DNA of 64,000 bases. Source: Pyrinomonadaceae bacterium (lineage in GTDB: Bacteria; Acidobacteriota; Blastocatellia; Pyrinomonadales; Pyrinomonadaceae). This document shows, piece by piece, positions 7,452 through 17,237 of the stretch. How positions within the stretch are numbered: position 1 is the first letter of the stretch; every line of letters begins with the position of its first letter. Made by a program: the position numbers and the translations under genes. The notes under the pieces are model-generated. The model did not search any database, was not told the DNA's origin, and saw only the letters and a program-made list of their open reading frames with translations. The DNA lies in NCBI GenBank assembly GCA_035537255.1, contig DATLMN010000065.1, forward strand, positions 826-64,825. Direction: 5' to 3'.

Positions 7452-8977
7452 TTATGGCCGCTGCATCCAGAAGTTGTAGCTGCCGCTGCCGCTGTAAGAA
7501 ACGATACGCCAGGTGTAATAACCCGCCGTGCCGGTGTAGGTGACGTTCTCGGTTGAGGTGGCGCTTGTCCCGCTCGCCACATTGACCCACGTCGAGCCGT
7601 TCCACTTTTGCAGGTACAGGTCGAAGTCAGCACCCGAAGTTGGCCCACGCAGCCAGCCTCTGTGCGTGCCGGAGACTGAGCTGTAATAGTAAGTGCCGTC
7701 CGGCTGGAACTGAGCCGCGCCTGTGCCAGAGAGAGAGCCGCTGTAGGCTTCGCAGGCCGTGCAGGGAGCGCCACCTGTGCCGCCGCCAGTGGTCAGCAGC
7801 GAGTAGAGAAGGAGATTCGGCGAGCCCGTGCCGATTCCAGTCAGGCGGCCGGAGGTCGCCGTGCTGGTAATCGCGCTCGCAACGGTCGCGGGCGAGGCGG
7901 TCGGGTTGTTTTGTAGATAGAGCGCCGCGACTCCGGCGACGTGCGGTGACGCCATCGAAGTGCCGCTGATCGTATTGGTCGCCGTATCACTCGTGTACCA
8001 TGACGAAGTAATGCTTGTGCCCGGCGCGAACAGATCAAGACACGTGCCGTAATTCGAGGTCGAAGCACGCGCATCCGTGCTCGTCGAGTTGCCGACAGTA
8101 ATCGCTGCGGCCACACGCGCAGGCGAATAGTTACAGGCGTTCAAACCGTCATTGCCGGCGGCAATCGCATAAGTCACGCCAGAGTTAATAGAGTTCTGCA
8201 CTGCCGTATCGAGCGTCGGCGACGCGCCGCCACCCAGACTCATGTTAGCGACAGCAGGGTTCTGGTGATTGGCCGTCACCCAGTCAACGCCAGCGATGAC
8301 GGTCGAGTCCGTGCCGTTGCCCGCGCAGTCGAGCACGCGCACCGCATGAAGGCTGACGCCTTTGGCGACGCCGTAGGTGCTGCCGCCGACAGTGCCCGCG
8401 ACATGCGTGCCGTGTCCGGCGCAGTCGTTGCCGTTCTGCCCGTCGCCGATGGAGTCGAAGACCTTGTTGGCGCGTCCGCCGAACTGTGTGTGGGTGGTGC
8501 GAATGCCTGTGTCTATGACGTAGACGTGAACGCCTGCGCCGGTCGGGGTGTAAGTGTAGTTGCCGTCGAGCGGACGGTCACGCTGGTCTATGCGGTCGAG
8601 TCCCCACGTTGCACCCGTCTGCGTTGTATCGCCGTGAATGATACCGTCCTCTTCCACGTACGCCACGCGCGCATCCTGACTGAGCGCCAGCGCATCCGCT
8701 TCAGCGATCTCGATTGAGAAACCGCTGACGGCGTGTTTGTAGACGTGCTTGACCTTACCGTTGTAGATCGCTGCGAGGTTCTCTGCGATCTCCTTCGCGG
8801 CTGAGCCTTCGCCTTTTGCCCGACGGCCCAATCTTCAAGCACTACGATGTAGCTGTTCTCTACCCTTTTCTCTTTTTTACGAATTTTGTCTTTAGAGCCT
8901 TGACCCTGAACCGAACCGGAAATGAACATCATGGCGCACATCGCCGCCAAGACCACCGCTGTCACAAATTTCTTCAT
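7452..8977 (-). pseudogene. Secreted S8 (subtilisin/proteinase-K-like) peptidase with I9 propeptide and C-terminal PPC-like domain, interrupted by a 1-nt frameshift
   Basis: ORF 8588..8995 encodes the SD (AAGGAG), the signal peptide MKKFVTAVVLAAMCAMMFISGSVQG and the propeptide start [15 protein letters not shown] 7452..8831 continues [29 protein letters not shown].. with the catalytic D, H (HGTHVAGT) and S ([11 protein letters not shown]). The two frames switch within ~8810-8834, next to a GGGCAAAAGG run. Confidence 0.7.
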
Positions 8978-9107
8978 CTTTACTCCTTCGCTCATGTTGA
9001 GAGGTTAATCGTGAGTGGTAAATAAATTAGCGAACGGGGCTGTCGAAAAAACTCCTCCTTGATGAAGTACCTACGAGCTCCAAGTGGCGAGGCTTACGAG
9101 GTTCGTA

Positions 9108-9152
9108 GAAAAAGGGTGATGGGGAGCTTCCATGGAAGCTCCCCATCTTTTT
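9108..9152 (-). terminator. Rho-independent terminator of S8/PA peptidase gene (bidirectional-type)
   Basis: Perfect palindrome GATGGGGAGCTTCCATGGAAGCTCCCCATC, flanked by A5 on one side and ACCCTTTTTC on the other on the minus strand. Confidence 0.8.
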
Positions 9153-9160
9153 AATCGTGG

Positions 9161-10849
9161 TTACTTGCCTGTCCGCGCCATCGCGGCATCGGCGTTAACC
9201 AGACCATTACCGAACGTTGTGTCATAGCCCGCCGCGCCGAGGTCTGTGGCGGACTTCTTCAGCGCGTCTTCAATCGCAGCAGCCGTATAAGTGGGATTGG
9301 CTGCCCAGATCAGAGCCGCGACACCTGTGACATGCGGCGTCGCCATAGACGTGCCGCTGTTGTAATCCCAGTTGGTCGCCTTGTTGACGACTGTGCCGTT
9401 CGTGCCAGCCTGAGCGATAAGCGTCGCGCCCGTCACGTCCGAGACGGTCACGGCGGGAACCCATGCGCGTCCGTCCGTAGTGGTGGCTGCGCCGAGCGTG
9501 CCGCCGAAATCTCCTGCCACGTTGTTGTAAACGATGGCCGCGACTGCTCCGGCGTTCATCGCGTTCTGGACTTTTTCGGCAAAGCTGAGCGTGCCCCGCT
9601 GGATAACCGCGATGTTACCCGAGACGGAAGCCGGAAATTCGCCGACCTGACCGAGGCCGCAGTTGACCAGCGTGCGTGTGATGCCGTTGGTCTGACCCGC
9701 GAAAGTCATCCCGAAGGCCGCGAAAGTCGCGGTGCTCGTCACGGAAGTGTCAAAGCCCTGTCCAAGCGGCACACTGGAAGCAACGTCGACGCCCGGGCCG
9801 ACCAGGTCTATGGCCGTCGTTCCGCGATTCGAGAAGCTCGCAATGGCATTGTTCTTATCCACAGCGCCGACCGCGAGGTTGACCGTGTAGGCCGCAGGAT
9901 AGCTGACCTGATTGGTGAAACCGTCGTTGCCCGTGGCCGCGACGATGATCGCGCCGTACTTGTTGCGGCAGTCGTTATAGAAGCGCTGCTCGGAAAGGGA
10001 AGGAGCGCCGCCGCCTAGACTCATGTTGACGAGGTCGACCTTCGGCCCTGCGGCGTCAGAGACGAGCCACTTGACACCGGCCATGATGCCGGAGCTTGAG
10101 CCTGTCGCAGTGCCGCTGGCCGCATCGCCCTTGAGGACGCGCGCATGATACAGACGCGCACTGTAGGCAGCGCCGTAGACGCCATAGTTGCTGCCCCTGA
10201 CGCCTAGAATCGTTCCGGCCACGTGCGTGCCGTGCGACTCCAAGGGATCGTTATTCCACCAGGGATTGCCGTCCCTTTCGAACGTGTCGTAACCGGCCAC
10301 GTAGTTGGCCGCGATGTCCGGATGCGTGTAGTCCAGACCCGTGTCGGCGATGCCTACTTTAAAGCTCGCGCCGGAATATCCGCGCGCGTGAACGTTGGTC
10401 GTCTTTGTAGTTACCAAGCCGTAAAGGCCGTTGGTAGCGGTCGGCACGAGTTCGCTGGTCGTGAGGTCTGAGAGTCCCATCGCGTAGCGCATGGGTTCCT
10501 GTTCGACGTATTCGACGTTGGGATTATTTTGAAGTGCGGCAAGCTGATTGGGATTATGAATCTCTATAGCAATGAATCTTTGTTCGGGGAACTCGTGACG
10601 CACTGTAGCGCCGTGAGACTTAACCATCGCGCGGTTGGCGGCTGTCACGCCGTTTTTGAAAGAGACGAAATACCTGCCTTCGGCAAAGTCCGGGCGATGC
10701 GAGGCGGCTGCTGATTGTGTCTGATCCGAGAAGCGACCGCCTGAAGGGCCATCCAGGCGATTACGCCCCTGCTGACCAACGACAAGGACAGAAGCAAGCG
10801 TCATAGCGCATAAAGCTACTGCAAGGGATAACGCGAAAACTTTCTTCAT
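9161..10849 (-). CDS. Secreted S8 peptidase with inserted PA domain
   Basis: Signal peptide MKKVFALSLAVALCAMTLA. Catalytic motifs [20 protein letters not shown] and GTSMATPHVTG. PA-like insert ..GNIAVIQRGTLSFAEKVQNAMNAGAVAAIVYNN. Confidence 0.85.
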   Translation of the reverse strand: MKKVFALSLAVALCAMTLASVLVVGQQGRNRLDGPSGGRFSDQTQSAAASHRPDFAEGRYFVSFKNGVTAANRAMVKSHGATVRHEFPEQRFIAIEIHNPNQLAALQNNPNVEYVEQEPMRYAMGLSDLTTSELVPTATNGLYGLVTTKTTNVHARGYSGASFKVGIADTGLDYTHPDIAANYVAGYDTFERDGNPWWNNDPLESHGTHVAGTILGVRGSNYGVYGAAYSARLYHARVLKGDAASGTATGSSSGIMAGVKWLVSDAAGPKVDLVNMSLGGGAPSLSEQRFYNDCRNKYGAIIVAATGNDGFTNQVSYPAAYTVNLAVGAVDKNNAIASFSNRGTTAIDLVGPGVDVASSVPLGQGFDTSVTSTATFAAFGMTFAGQTNGITRTLVNCGLGQVGEFPASVSGNIAVIQRGTLSFAEKVQNAMNAGAVAAIVYNNVAGDFGGTLGAATTTDGRAWVPAVTVSDVTGATLIAQAGTNGTVVNKATNWDYNSGTSMATPHVTGVAALIWAANPTYTAAAIEDALKKSATDLGAAGYDTTFGNGLVNADAAMARTGK

Positions 10850-11199
10850 CTAAATCTCCTCTGAATTTGGAAGTAAGGGTTGGTGAGAGAGGAGGCCCGT
10901 CTTCGACGGCCTCGATTGCTGGGGGAGGATAGCGCGCAAAATGATACCCACGGCACAAGTATTAAGGTAGAGAAGACGTAACTCTCCGCCGGAGCGCGAG
11001 GTTATGAATTTTTCGTTTTATTAGCCGCCCCGTTACCGCTCAGATTGAGATCAAACTTATGGCACAGGCCGGCGAAGTGAGTTACAGGCAGCCTCTGACT
11101 GTAGGGGGATGCGCAGTATAACTACCCTTCTTGATTAATGCAAGGCGGGATTGCAAATATTCTTGCAACGGGGAAAATATTTTTCCGGGAGGGTACGCC

Positions 11200-12783
11200 C
11201 TAGCGTCTACGCTCAAGTAAACGCCGCCACATTTGGGGCAAAAGGAGGGCTGTCTGCGAGACTCTACCCGTGCTGAAACGGCGCGCAAAGCCCCTAAAAA
11301 GGCTTGCGGCCTGCGGTGTATAGCCGAACCACCAGAGGTCTCTAATCCCGCTCAGGCGATTGACGTGGACGTGCTGCGGCGTGACCAGTTCCAACAGCCC
11401 CAAGCGGCCATGCGTGCGCCCCAGGCCGCTCTGTTTGACGCCGCCCCAGGGGGTTTGCGCCACCCCGTGTGTGTAGAGCACTTCGTTGACCATCACCGTG
11501 CCCGCTTCCAGGCGTTCGGCTATGCGGCGTCCGCGCGCCACATTTCGCGTCCACACGCTGGCAGTTAGACCGAAGACGCTATCATTGGCTAAAGAGACGG
11601 CCTCGTCCTCCGTCTTAAAAGTCATCAGGGGCAGCACAGGCCCGAAGGTCTCCTCGCGCATGACCATCATCCTGTGATCGACGCCTGAGAGGATTGTCGG
11701 CTGATAAAACGGGCCTTCCAGACCTTCTGTGCGCGCGCCGCCCGTCAGCGCGCGTGCTCCCTGATTGATCGCGTCTTTGACATGCTCTTCGACGATTGAG
11801 AGTTGTCGCTCGCTGGACATCGCGCCGATGTCCGTATCCTCTGTCGTCCCCTTATTCTGGCGAAGCGCGCGCGTCTCCTTGATAATGCGTTCGATAAACT
11901 GCGGAGCGATGCTTTCATGCACGTAGAGGCGCTCGACCGAAGCGCAGGCTTGGCCGGAATTACTGAACGCGCCCCACACGGCTGCGCTCGCGGCCGTCTC
12001 TAGGTCTGCATCCTCAAGCACGATCATGGGGTCTTTGCCGCCAAGCTCTAAAACGACCGGAATCAGATGGCGCGCGGCACGCTCGGCGACGCGTCGTCCC
12101 GTCGCCACGCTTCCCGTAAACATGATCTTGTCAACGCCCGCGTCGACGAGCGCCGCGCCCGTCTGTCCCTCGCCAGTCACCACGTGCAGCAATCCTTCGG
12201 GCAAACCTGCGCGCGCGAATATATCTTTGATCTTAAGTCCCGTCAGCGGCGTCAATTCGCTCGGCTTCAACACGACAGCATTGCCCGCCATCAGTGCCAT
12301 CACCACTTCGCCCAGGGGGATGGCCCAGGGGAAATTCCAGGGAGAGATGATACCGACCACGCCCAGCGGTTTGTAGATGATGCGCGACGAGCGCGCCATT
12401 AGGCCGTATTGTCCGATGTCTACCTTTTCCGGTTTGAGCAGACGCGCGGTGTTGCGCGCGAAGAATTGCATCAGGTCGAGCGTCGGCGTGATCTCCATCG
12501 AGATGGCTTCGATCAAGGGCTTACCCGTCTCTCTGGAAATGAGGCGTGCGATCTCTTCAATCTCTTCGAGCGCGACTTGGCGGGCACGCGTGATAAAGCG
12601 CCCGCGCTCTCCGTAAGAGAGCTTGGCCCAAGCGCTCTGCGCCGCGCGCGCACTCCTTACCGCCTCAGCAACATCTTCCGCAGAGGCTATTGATACGCGC
12701 CCTATCTCTTCGCCCGTCGCCGGATCGCGCGAGACGATTTCCGCAGCTTGCTTTGTCTCTCTGTCGAGTGTTTGCGTGCTCAT
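11200..12783 (-). CDS. NAD(P)-dependent aldehyde dehydrogenase family protein (with C-terminal extension)
   Basis: 527-aa ORF with ELGGKDP and FSNSGQACASVER (catalytic Cys) motifs. Confidence 0.85.
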   Translation of the reverse strand: MSTQTLDRETKQAAEIVSRDPATGEEIGRVSIASAEDVAEAVRSARAAQSAWAKLSYGERGRFITRARQVALEEIEEIARLISRETGKPLIEAISMEITPTLDLMQFFARNTARLLKPEKVDIGQYGLMARSSRIIYKPLGVVGIISPWNFPWAIPLGEVVMALMAGNAVVLKPSELTPLTGLKIKDIFARAGLPEGLLHVVTGEGQTGAALVDAGVDKIMFTGSVATGRRVAERAARHLIPVVLELGGKDPMIVLEDADLETAASAAVWGAFSNSGQACASVERLYVHESIAPQFIERIIKETRALRQNKGTTEDTDIGAMSSERQLSIVEEHVKDAINQGARALTGGARTEGLEGPFYQPTILSGVDHRMMVMREETFGPVLPLMTFKTEDEAVSLANDSVFGLTASVWTRNVARGRRIAERLEAGTVMVNEVLYTHGVAQTPWGGVKQSGLGRTHGRLGLLELVTPQHVHVNRLSGIRDLWWFGYTPQAASLFRGFARRFSTGRVSQTALLLPQMWRRLLERRR

Positions 12784-12999
12784 TCTCGTATGTGTCTCTC
12801 GTCCGGCTACGGATTATCGCTCATAAAGAGTCGCGGGCGAAAGGGTAAATCAACACGCGGGCTCTAAAAAGTGGCTTGAGACTTTGGCCCATATATCCCT
12901 GATCCTGGTTTCCGTGCGGCCAGTAATCTCAGTTACAATGTCCGTTCACCGCCAGTGCCGCGAAAAATTAGTTCTTATCCAGAAGGAGAAGAAGCCATC

Positions 13000-14295
13000 A
13001 TGCCAAGACCACAGCTCGCGCAGTTTATGGAGCGTTTGGGCCAGGACTCAGTCGCCATCATCAGTAGCGCTCCCGAAGCCACGCGCTCGAACGACACGAA
13101 CTATCGCTATCGTCAAAACTCCGACTTCTATTACCTGACGGGCTTTGACGAGCCCGAAGCAATCGCCGTCATTGCTCCGAACAAGGAACAGAAATTCACG
13201 CTGTTTGTCCGGCCGCGCGATCCCGAAAGAGAGATTTGGGACGGCCGCCGCGCCGGAGTCGAGGGAGCGCTCAAAGAGTACGGCGCGGACGCTGCCTTTC
13301 CCATCTCGGAATTCAGAGAAAAACTGGTCGACCTCATCAGCAACGCGCGCAACCTCTATTATCGCATCGGCGCTGGCAACCCTGAGCTTGACGACCAGCT
13401 CATACGACAGATCGCGAGTATGCGTATCCTCGGGCGCAAAAACATCAATCCGCCGGAAGCCATCATAGACCCCGGCGCAATCCTGCACGAGATGCGCCTG
13501 ATCAAAAGCGCGGACGAGATAGAGCTGATGCAGCGCGCCGCAGACATCGCCGCAGAGGCTCATGTCGAAGCGATGAAACAGGTGCGCCCCGGCATGATGG
13601 AATACGAGATCGAAGCTCTGCTCGAATTCAATTTCCGCAAGAACGGCGCAAACGCTCCGGCCTACACTTCCATCTGCGGCGGTGGGCCAAACGCGACCGT
13701 GCTTCACTACGTCACCAACGATGCGAAGCTGCGCGACGGCGACCTCCTGCTGGTCGACGCGGGAGCGGAATACAAGGGTTATGCTTCGGACATCACGCGC
13801 ACTTTCCCGGTCAACGGGCGTTACACCCCGGCGCAGCGCGACATCTACGATCTGGTGCTGGCCACGCAAGTTGATTGCGTCAAGCGTGCGCGTCCCGGCG
13901 TTACTATGGACGAGCTGAAAAATCATTCGATAGAGATGTTGACGGAAGGCATGGTGCGTTTGGGCTTGCTTGAGGGCGAGCCTTCTAAGCTGATCGAAGA
14001 GGAGAAATACAAACAGTTCTACATGCACGGGCTCGGCCACTTTCTAGGCATAGACGTGCATGACGTGGGCCGCTATTACCACGATGGTGAGTCGCGACGC
14101 CTTGAGCCCGGCATGGTCATCACGGTCGAACCGGGCCTCTACGTCTCGGAGAATACTGAGAACATCCCGGACAAGTATCGCGGCATAGGCGTGCGCATCG
14201 AAGACGACGTGCTCATCACAGAGGACGGCCAGCGCGTGCTCTCAAGCAAAGTGCCCAAGCAGGCCGAAGAGATCGAACAGTTAATGGCGCGCTAA
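13000..14295 (+). CDS. pepP: Xaa-Pro aminopeptidase (M24B)
   Basis: Motifs HGLGHFLGIDVHD, VITVEPGLY and GVRIEDDV. ATG at 13000 is preceded by AGGAG at 12984-12988. The ORF-track start at 12955 lacks an SD. Confidence 0.85.
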   Translation: MPRPQLAQFMERLGQDSVAIISSAPEATRSNDTNYRYRQNSDFYYLTGFDEPEAIAVIAPNKEQKFTLFVRPRDPEREIWDGRRAGVEGALKEYGADAAFPISEFREKLVDLISNARNLYYRIGAGNPELDDQLIRQIASMRILGRKNINPPEAIIDPGAILHEMRLIKSADEIELMQRAADIAAEAHVEAMKQVRPGMMEYEIEALLEFNFRKNGANAPAYTSICGGGPNATVLHYVTNDAKLRDGDLLLVDAGAEYKGYASDITRTFPVNGRYTPAQRDIYDLVLATQVDCVKRARPGVTMDELKNHSIEMLTEGMVRLGLLEGEPSKLIEEEKYKQFYMHGLGHFLGIDVHDVGRYYHDGESRRLEPGMVITVEPGLYVSENTENIPDKYRGIGVRIEDDVLITEDGQRVLSSKVPKQAEEIEQLMAR

Positions 14296-14335
14296 GAGCG
14301 TGAAGGAACAAGCGCCGCCAAAGCGATAGAGTGAC

Positions 14336-14551
14336 AGCCCCTGAAAGGGGCGAAAGAATATAGCCCACGGCTGATGCCGCGGGGACAAGTGTCATACAGA
14401 GAGTAAGAGCCCCGAAGGGGCGAAAGAGATTCGTGTTTAAGATTTACTCAACACGGATTTCTCTCGCCCCTCCGGGGCTCTGATTTTTGTTTAGCCGTGT
14501 GCCCATGACTCACGTCATGGTCTACATTACGCTCGCCCCTTGCAGGGGCTT
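14336..14551. repeat. MITE-like multi-hairpin element R, copy 1
   Basis: About 215 bp. Sub-hairpins GCCCCTgaaAGGGGC, CCCACGGCtgatGCCGCGGG, a long central hairpin GAGCCCCGAAGGGGCGAAAGAGATTCGTGTT..AACACGGATTTCTCTCGCCCCTCCGGGGCTC, CCATGACtcacGTCATGG and GCCCCTtgcAGGGGC. Confidence 0.9.
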
Positions 14552-14568
14552 CACTACGCATGCGCCTT

Positions 14569-15276
14569 TCATGGGCTTGGAGTGGAATTATTCCGTGAGT
14601 GGGCATGGGGATTGGTCGGCATGATCCAGAGTTCGATGGTTAATTCTTCCAGACTGTCGCCCTCTCTCGTGTAGACACGATACGGTTCGATGCCGAGTTC
14701 GTCGACCAGATATTTTCTGGCACGCTCAAGACGCGCTTCGGCCTCACCGGCGACCATCTTCTCGCCGGAGCGGAGCGTGATGATGCCCATCGTATGCGGG
14801 TCGCCGCGTAACCTTGAGGCGAAGTTTCCGAGTCTGGCCTTCTCTTCTTCCAGAGATGCTGTGCCCAAAAACGTATCGAACTTTCGATCAGGGCAAAACG
14901 CCTTGACCTGCACGCCGTACGAAGCTGCTCTGGAACAACTCCCCCACTGGCCGCCGCCCACTTCGACGGTTGCTCTGAGGCCCACCTCAATATCCGCCGA
15001 AGCGTTCACGGTCGCGACCCTGATCGTCGGCGTGCCCTGACCGCTGATGATCCGGCCCGCCGAAACCGTCCAGTGATAGGTATGCTGAACATTCGGATCG
15101 ACGCCAAGGACGCCCGCCGTAAACGTCACCTCGGCATCCGGGCAGATAATTGCGCTCGGAGTTTCCATCGTAATCTCAGGACACTCTGATTGAGGAGGAG
15201 ATGTTGTTGTGTTGCCTGTGACCGGAATGAGGAGGGCTGGAATCAGCAATGAAAGAGAGATCAAAAAAGCTCGCAT
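14569..15276 (-). CDS. Secreted hypothetical protein, paralog 1 (Ig-like N domain plus OmpA-C-like-layout domain)
   Basis: Signal peptide MRAFLISLSLLIPALL. About 35% identical by eye to the neighbouring gene 15389..16150. SD AGGAG lies 9 nt before the ATG at 15276. An alternative upstream ATG is at 15297. Confidence 0.6.
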   Translation of the reverse strand: MRAFLISLSLLIPALLIPVTGNTTTSPPQSECPEITMETPSAIICPDAEVTFTAGVLGVDPNVQHTYHWTVSAGRIISGQGTPTIRVATVNASADIEVGLRATVEVGGGQWGSCSRAASYGVQVKAFCPDRKFDTFLGTASLEEEKARLGNFASRLRGDPHTMGIITLRSGEKMVAGEAEARLERARKYLVDELGIEPYRVYTREGDSLEELTIELWIMPTNPHAHSRNNSTPSP

Positions 15277-15297
15277 GGACTTACTACTCCTGTCCAT
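15275..15297 (-). promoter_or_regulatory. Conserved leader hairpin around the SD and start of paralog 1
   Basis: mRNA ATGGAC-AGGAGTAGTAA-GTCCAT-G. It differs from the paralog-2 leader at one loop position. Confidence 0.5.
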
Positions 15298-15388
15298 TAC
15301 TTTACGCCGCTTTTCCGTAGCTCTGCAACAAGTTTTTACTGAAGGGTCTGCTCTAAGAGTGAAAGCAGTTAATTTGTCGCCTTGAGGT

Positions 15389-16150
15389 TTAGCGATTCTG
15401 TTTTCGCGGGCGCTTTGGTTGGGCGGGGTCAGGAATGATCTCTACTTCGCCGGGGTCAATGGTGCTGGTAGCGTCAGGTTCAATGGGCGGGAAGTTGGCT
15501 GGCAATGCCCACAGCTCGACCGTCAGTTCTTCTCTGTAGCCGCCATCTATCGTCACAATGCGCGAGGCTTGAATCCCTCGCTCGTTGACCAGATGGTTTT
15601 TTGCACGATCCAGTCTCTTTTCAGCCTCATTGACTCTGGCGCGTCTTCCGGCATAGACCAGAATGTAACCGACGGCCGTTGACTCTTCGTGTAACTGAAA
15701 AGCGAAGTTATCGAGTCGCGCTTTCTCATCTTCGAAGTCAATATCACCATACTCGTCGAACTTACGAGGGTGGCCGGACACGATGATTTTCCTCGTGAAC
15801 GATGCTGTTTTCGGACACGTTCCTCTTATCCCACTGACTTCGACCGTCGCCGTGATTTGTCTGTCTGCTAGCCCCTTCGTATCAACTGTGATGCTGTTTG
15901 TCCCTTGTCCTTTGATGATTGTTCCTTCCGAAACTGTCCAGTTGAAGCCCGGCCGAAAGTTCGCATCGGCCCCGTTGATTTTGACGGTGAAGGTGGCGGG
16001 ATCGCCCTGCATTGTTGCATCCAGACACTTCTCGCACTCAATCGTGATGGCCGGGCATTCGGGCTTCACATGCGGCGCAGATGTTCCGGCCTCAAGAGTA
16101 AGTGGAGCGAGCGCGAGCAATAACGTCAGTGTGCAGAGGACTGGGCGCAT
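15389..16150 (-). CDS. Secreted hypothetical protein, paralog 2
   Basis: Same architecture as 14569..15276 (..NWTVSEGTIIKGQGTNSITV.. / ..DEKARLDNFAFQL..AEKRLDRAKNHLVNERGI..ELTVELW). SD AGGAG precedes the ATG at 16150. An alternative ATG is at 16171. Confidence 0.6.
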   Translation of the reverse strand: MRPVLCTLTLLLALAPLTLEAGTSAPHVKPECPAITIECEKCLDATMQGDPATFTVKINGADANFRPGFNWTVSEGTIIKGQGTNSITVDTKGLADRQITATVEVSGIRGTCPKTASFTRKIIVSGHPRKFDEYGDIDFEDEKARLDNFAFQLHEESTAVGYILVYAGRRARVNEAEKRLDRAKNHLVNERGIQASRIVTIDGGYREELTVELWALPANFPPIEPDATSTIDPGEVEIIPDPAQPKRPRKQNR

Positions 16151-16171
16151 GGACTTACTTCTCCTGTCCAT
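16149..16171 (-). promoter_or_regulatory. Conserved leader hairpin around the SD and start of paralog 2
   Basis: mRNA ATGGAC-AGGAGAAGTAA-GTCCAT-G: 6-bp stem, SD in the loop, start codon partly in the 3' stem. Confidence 0.5.
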
Positions 16172-17136
16172 TACTTTACGCTGTTGTTCGAGAGTTCAGC
16201 AACGATCTCGCGCACTGCCTGGCGGCCTCTTTCGACTTCGTCTGGTTTGAATGAGATTGCGCCGACGACGGCGTGGCCGCCACCGCCGTAGCGCTCGCAG
16301 ATCGAGGCTATGTTGTGCGTGCGCGGGCGCGGACTCCAGGGGTTCGAGCCCACGGAAATCTTCGTGCGAAGGGCCCCGCGCGTCAGCGCCACCGAATAGG
16401 TCGTCTCCGGATAAAGATAATAGGGAATAAATTTATTGAAGCCTTCTACACGCTCGTCGACCAGATCGAACTGCACGACGCCGTTGCTGTAAACGGCCTT
16501 GCGCCGGATCGCTTCGAGCGTGTCCAGATGACGATTGAAGATCGGGCGAAAGCGACGCTGTACCTCCTGGCTCAAAGCCACGTCGTCCAGGGGGCGTGTG
16601 ACCAACTCGCGTATAATGCGCTCGATAAAGAGATCGTCCGGGTCGCTTTCGATGACCTGCATCAATTGCAGGGCGGGTGCGCCAAGCTCCACGCACTGCG
16701 CTGCGGATTCGTAGAGCGCGCCGTCTATGATATGAGCCCAGCGGACGAGCGGCTCGTGCATCTCTTCGTGAAACTGGAAGCGCGTCTGTGCAATATCGCT
16801 GATCAGCTCAGTGCAGGACTTGCGCGTTGCGTCCAGAAATTTCTGGCCCGAGCGGTCGCGCCTGTAATGCTCTTCATCCTCTGTGGTGAGAAAGGCCGAC
16901 TGGTGATGATCGAACCACCAGGTCAGGCGCTCCGAGGTGGAGTATTTAAAATCGACGATGGCGTTCTCGTCGCCGTCGAACATCTCTTCGTCGAAGAGCG
17001 CTCCCGGTCGATGCAGCAGGCTGGTGTAAGCTACTTCCGCACGGTGGCGCACGCGCTCCGTGTAGAATCTAGTAAAGACTGCGGCCGAAGCCACGCCGTC
17101 AAAGCAGTGTCCGTGATAAAGTAAGCGAAGTCTCAT
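16171..17136 (-). CDS. DHH/DHHA1-family phosphoesterase-like protein (NrnB-like)
   Basis: N-terminal LLYHGHCFDGVASA (motif I-like, one Asp replaced by Cys), FDHHQ (DHH motif) and GGGGHAVVGA (DHHA1 GGGH). Confidence 0.55.
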   Translation of the reverse strand: MRLRLLYHGHCFDGVASAAVFTRFYTERVRHRAEVAYTSLLHRPGALFDEEMFDGDENAIVDFKYSTSERLTWWFDHHQSAFLTTEDEEHYRRDRSGQKFLDATRKSCTELISDIAQTRFQFHEEMHEPLVRWAHIIDGALYESAAQCVELGAPALQLMQVIESDPDDLFIERIIRELVTRPLDDVALSQEVQRRFRPIFNRHLDTLEAIRRKAVYSNGVVQFDLVDERVEGFNKFIPYYLYPETTYSVALTRGALRTKISVGSNPWSPRPRTHNIASICERYGGGGHAVVGAISFKPDEVERGRQAVREIVAELSNNSVK

Positions 17137-17237
17137 AAGTACCAGCTCAGCGGAAGTCCCTTGTGGATAAAATTTCTGAAGTGCGTCATCTTAGCAGCAG
17201 TGCGGTTTGATTGAAAAACGGAGAGGGACATTAGAGG

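Noticed and set aside
8805-8835. Programmed ribosomal frameshifting in the S8 protease.
   Set aside because: There is no slippery heptamer of the X XXY YYZ type and no downstream stimulatory structure. A simple indel next to an A4 run is more parsimonious.
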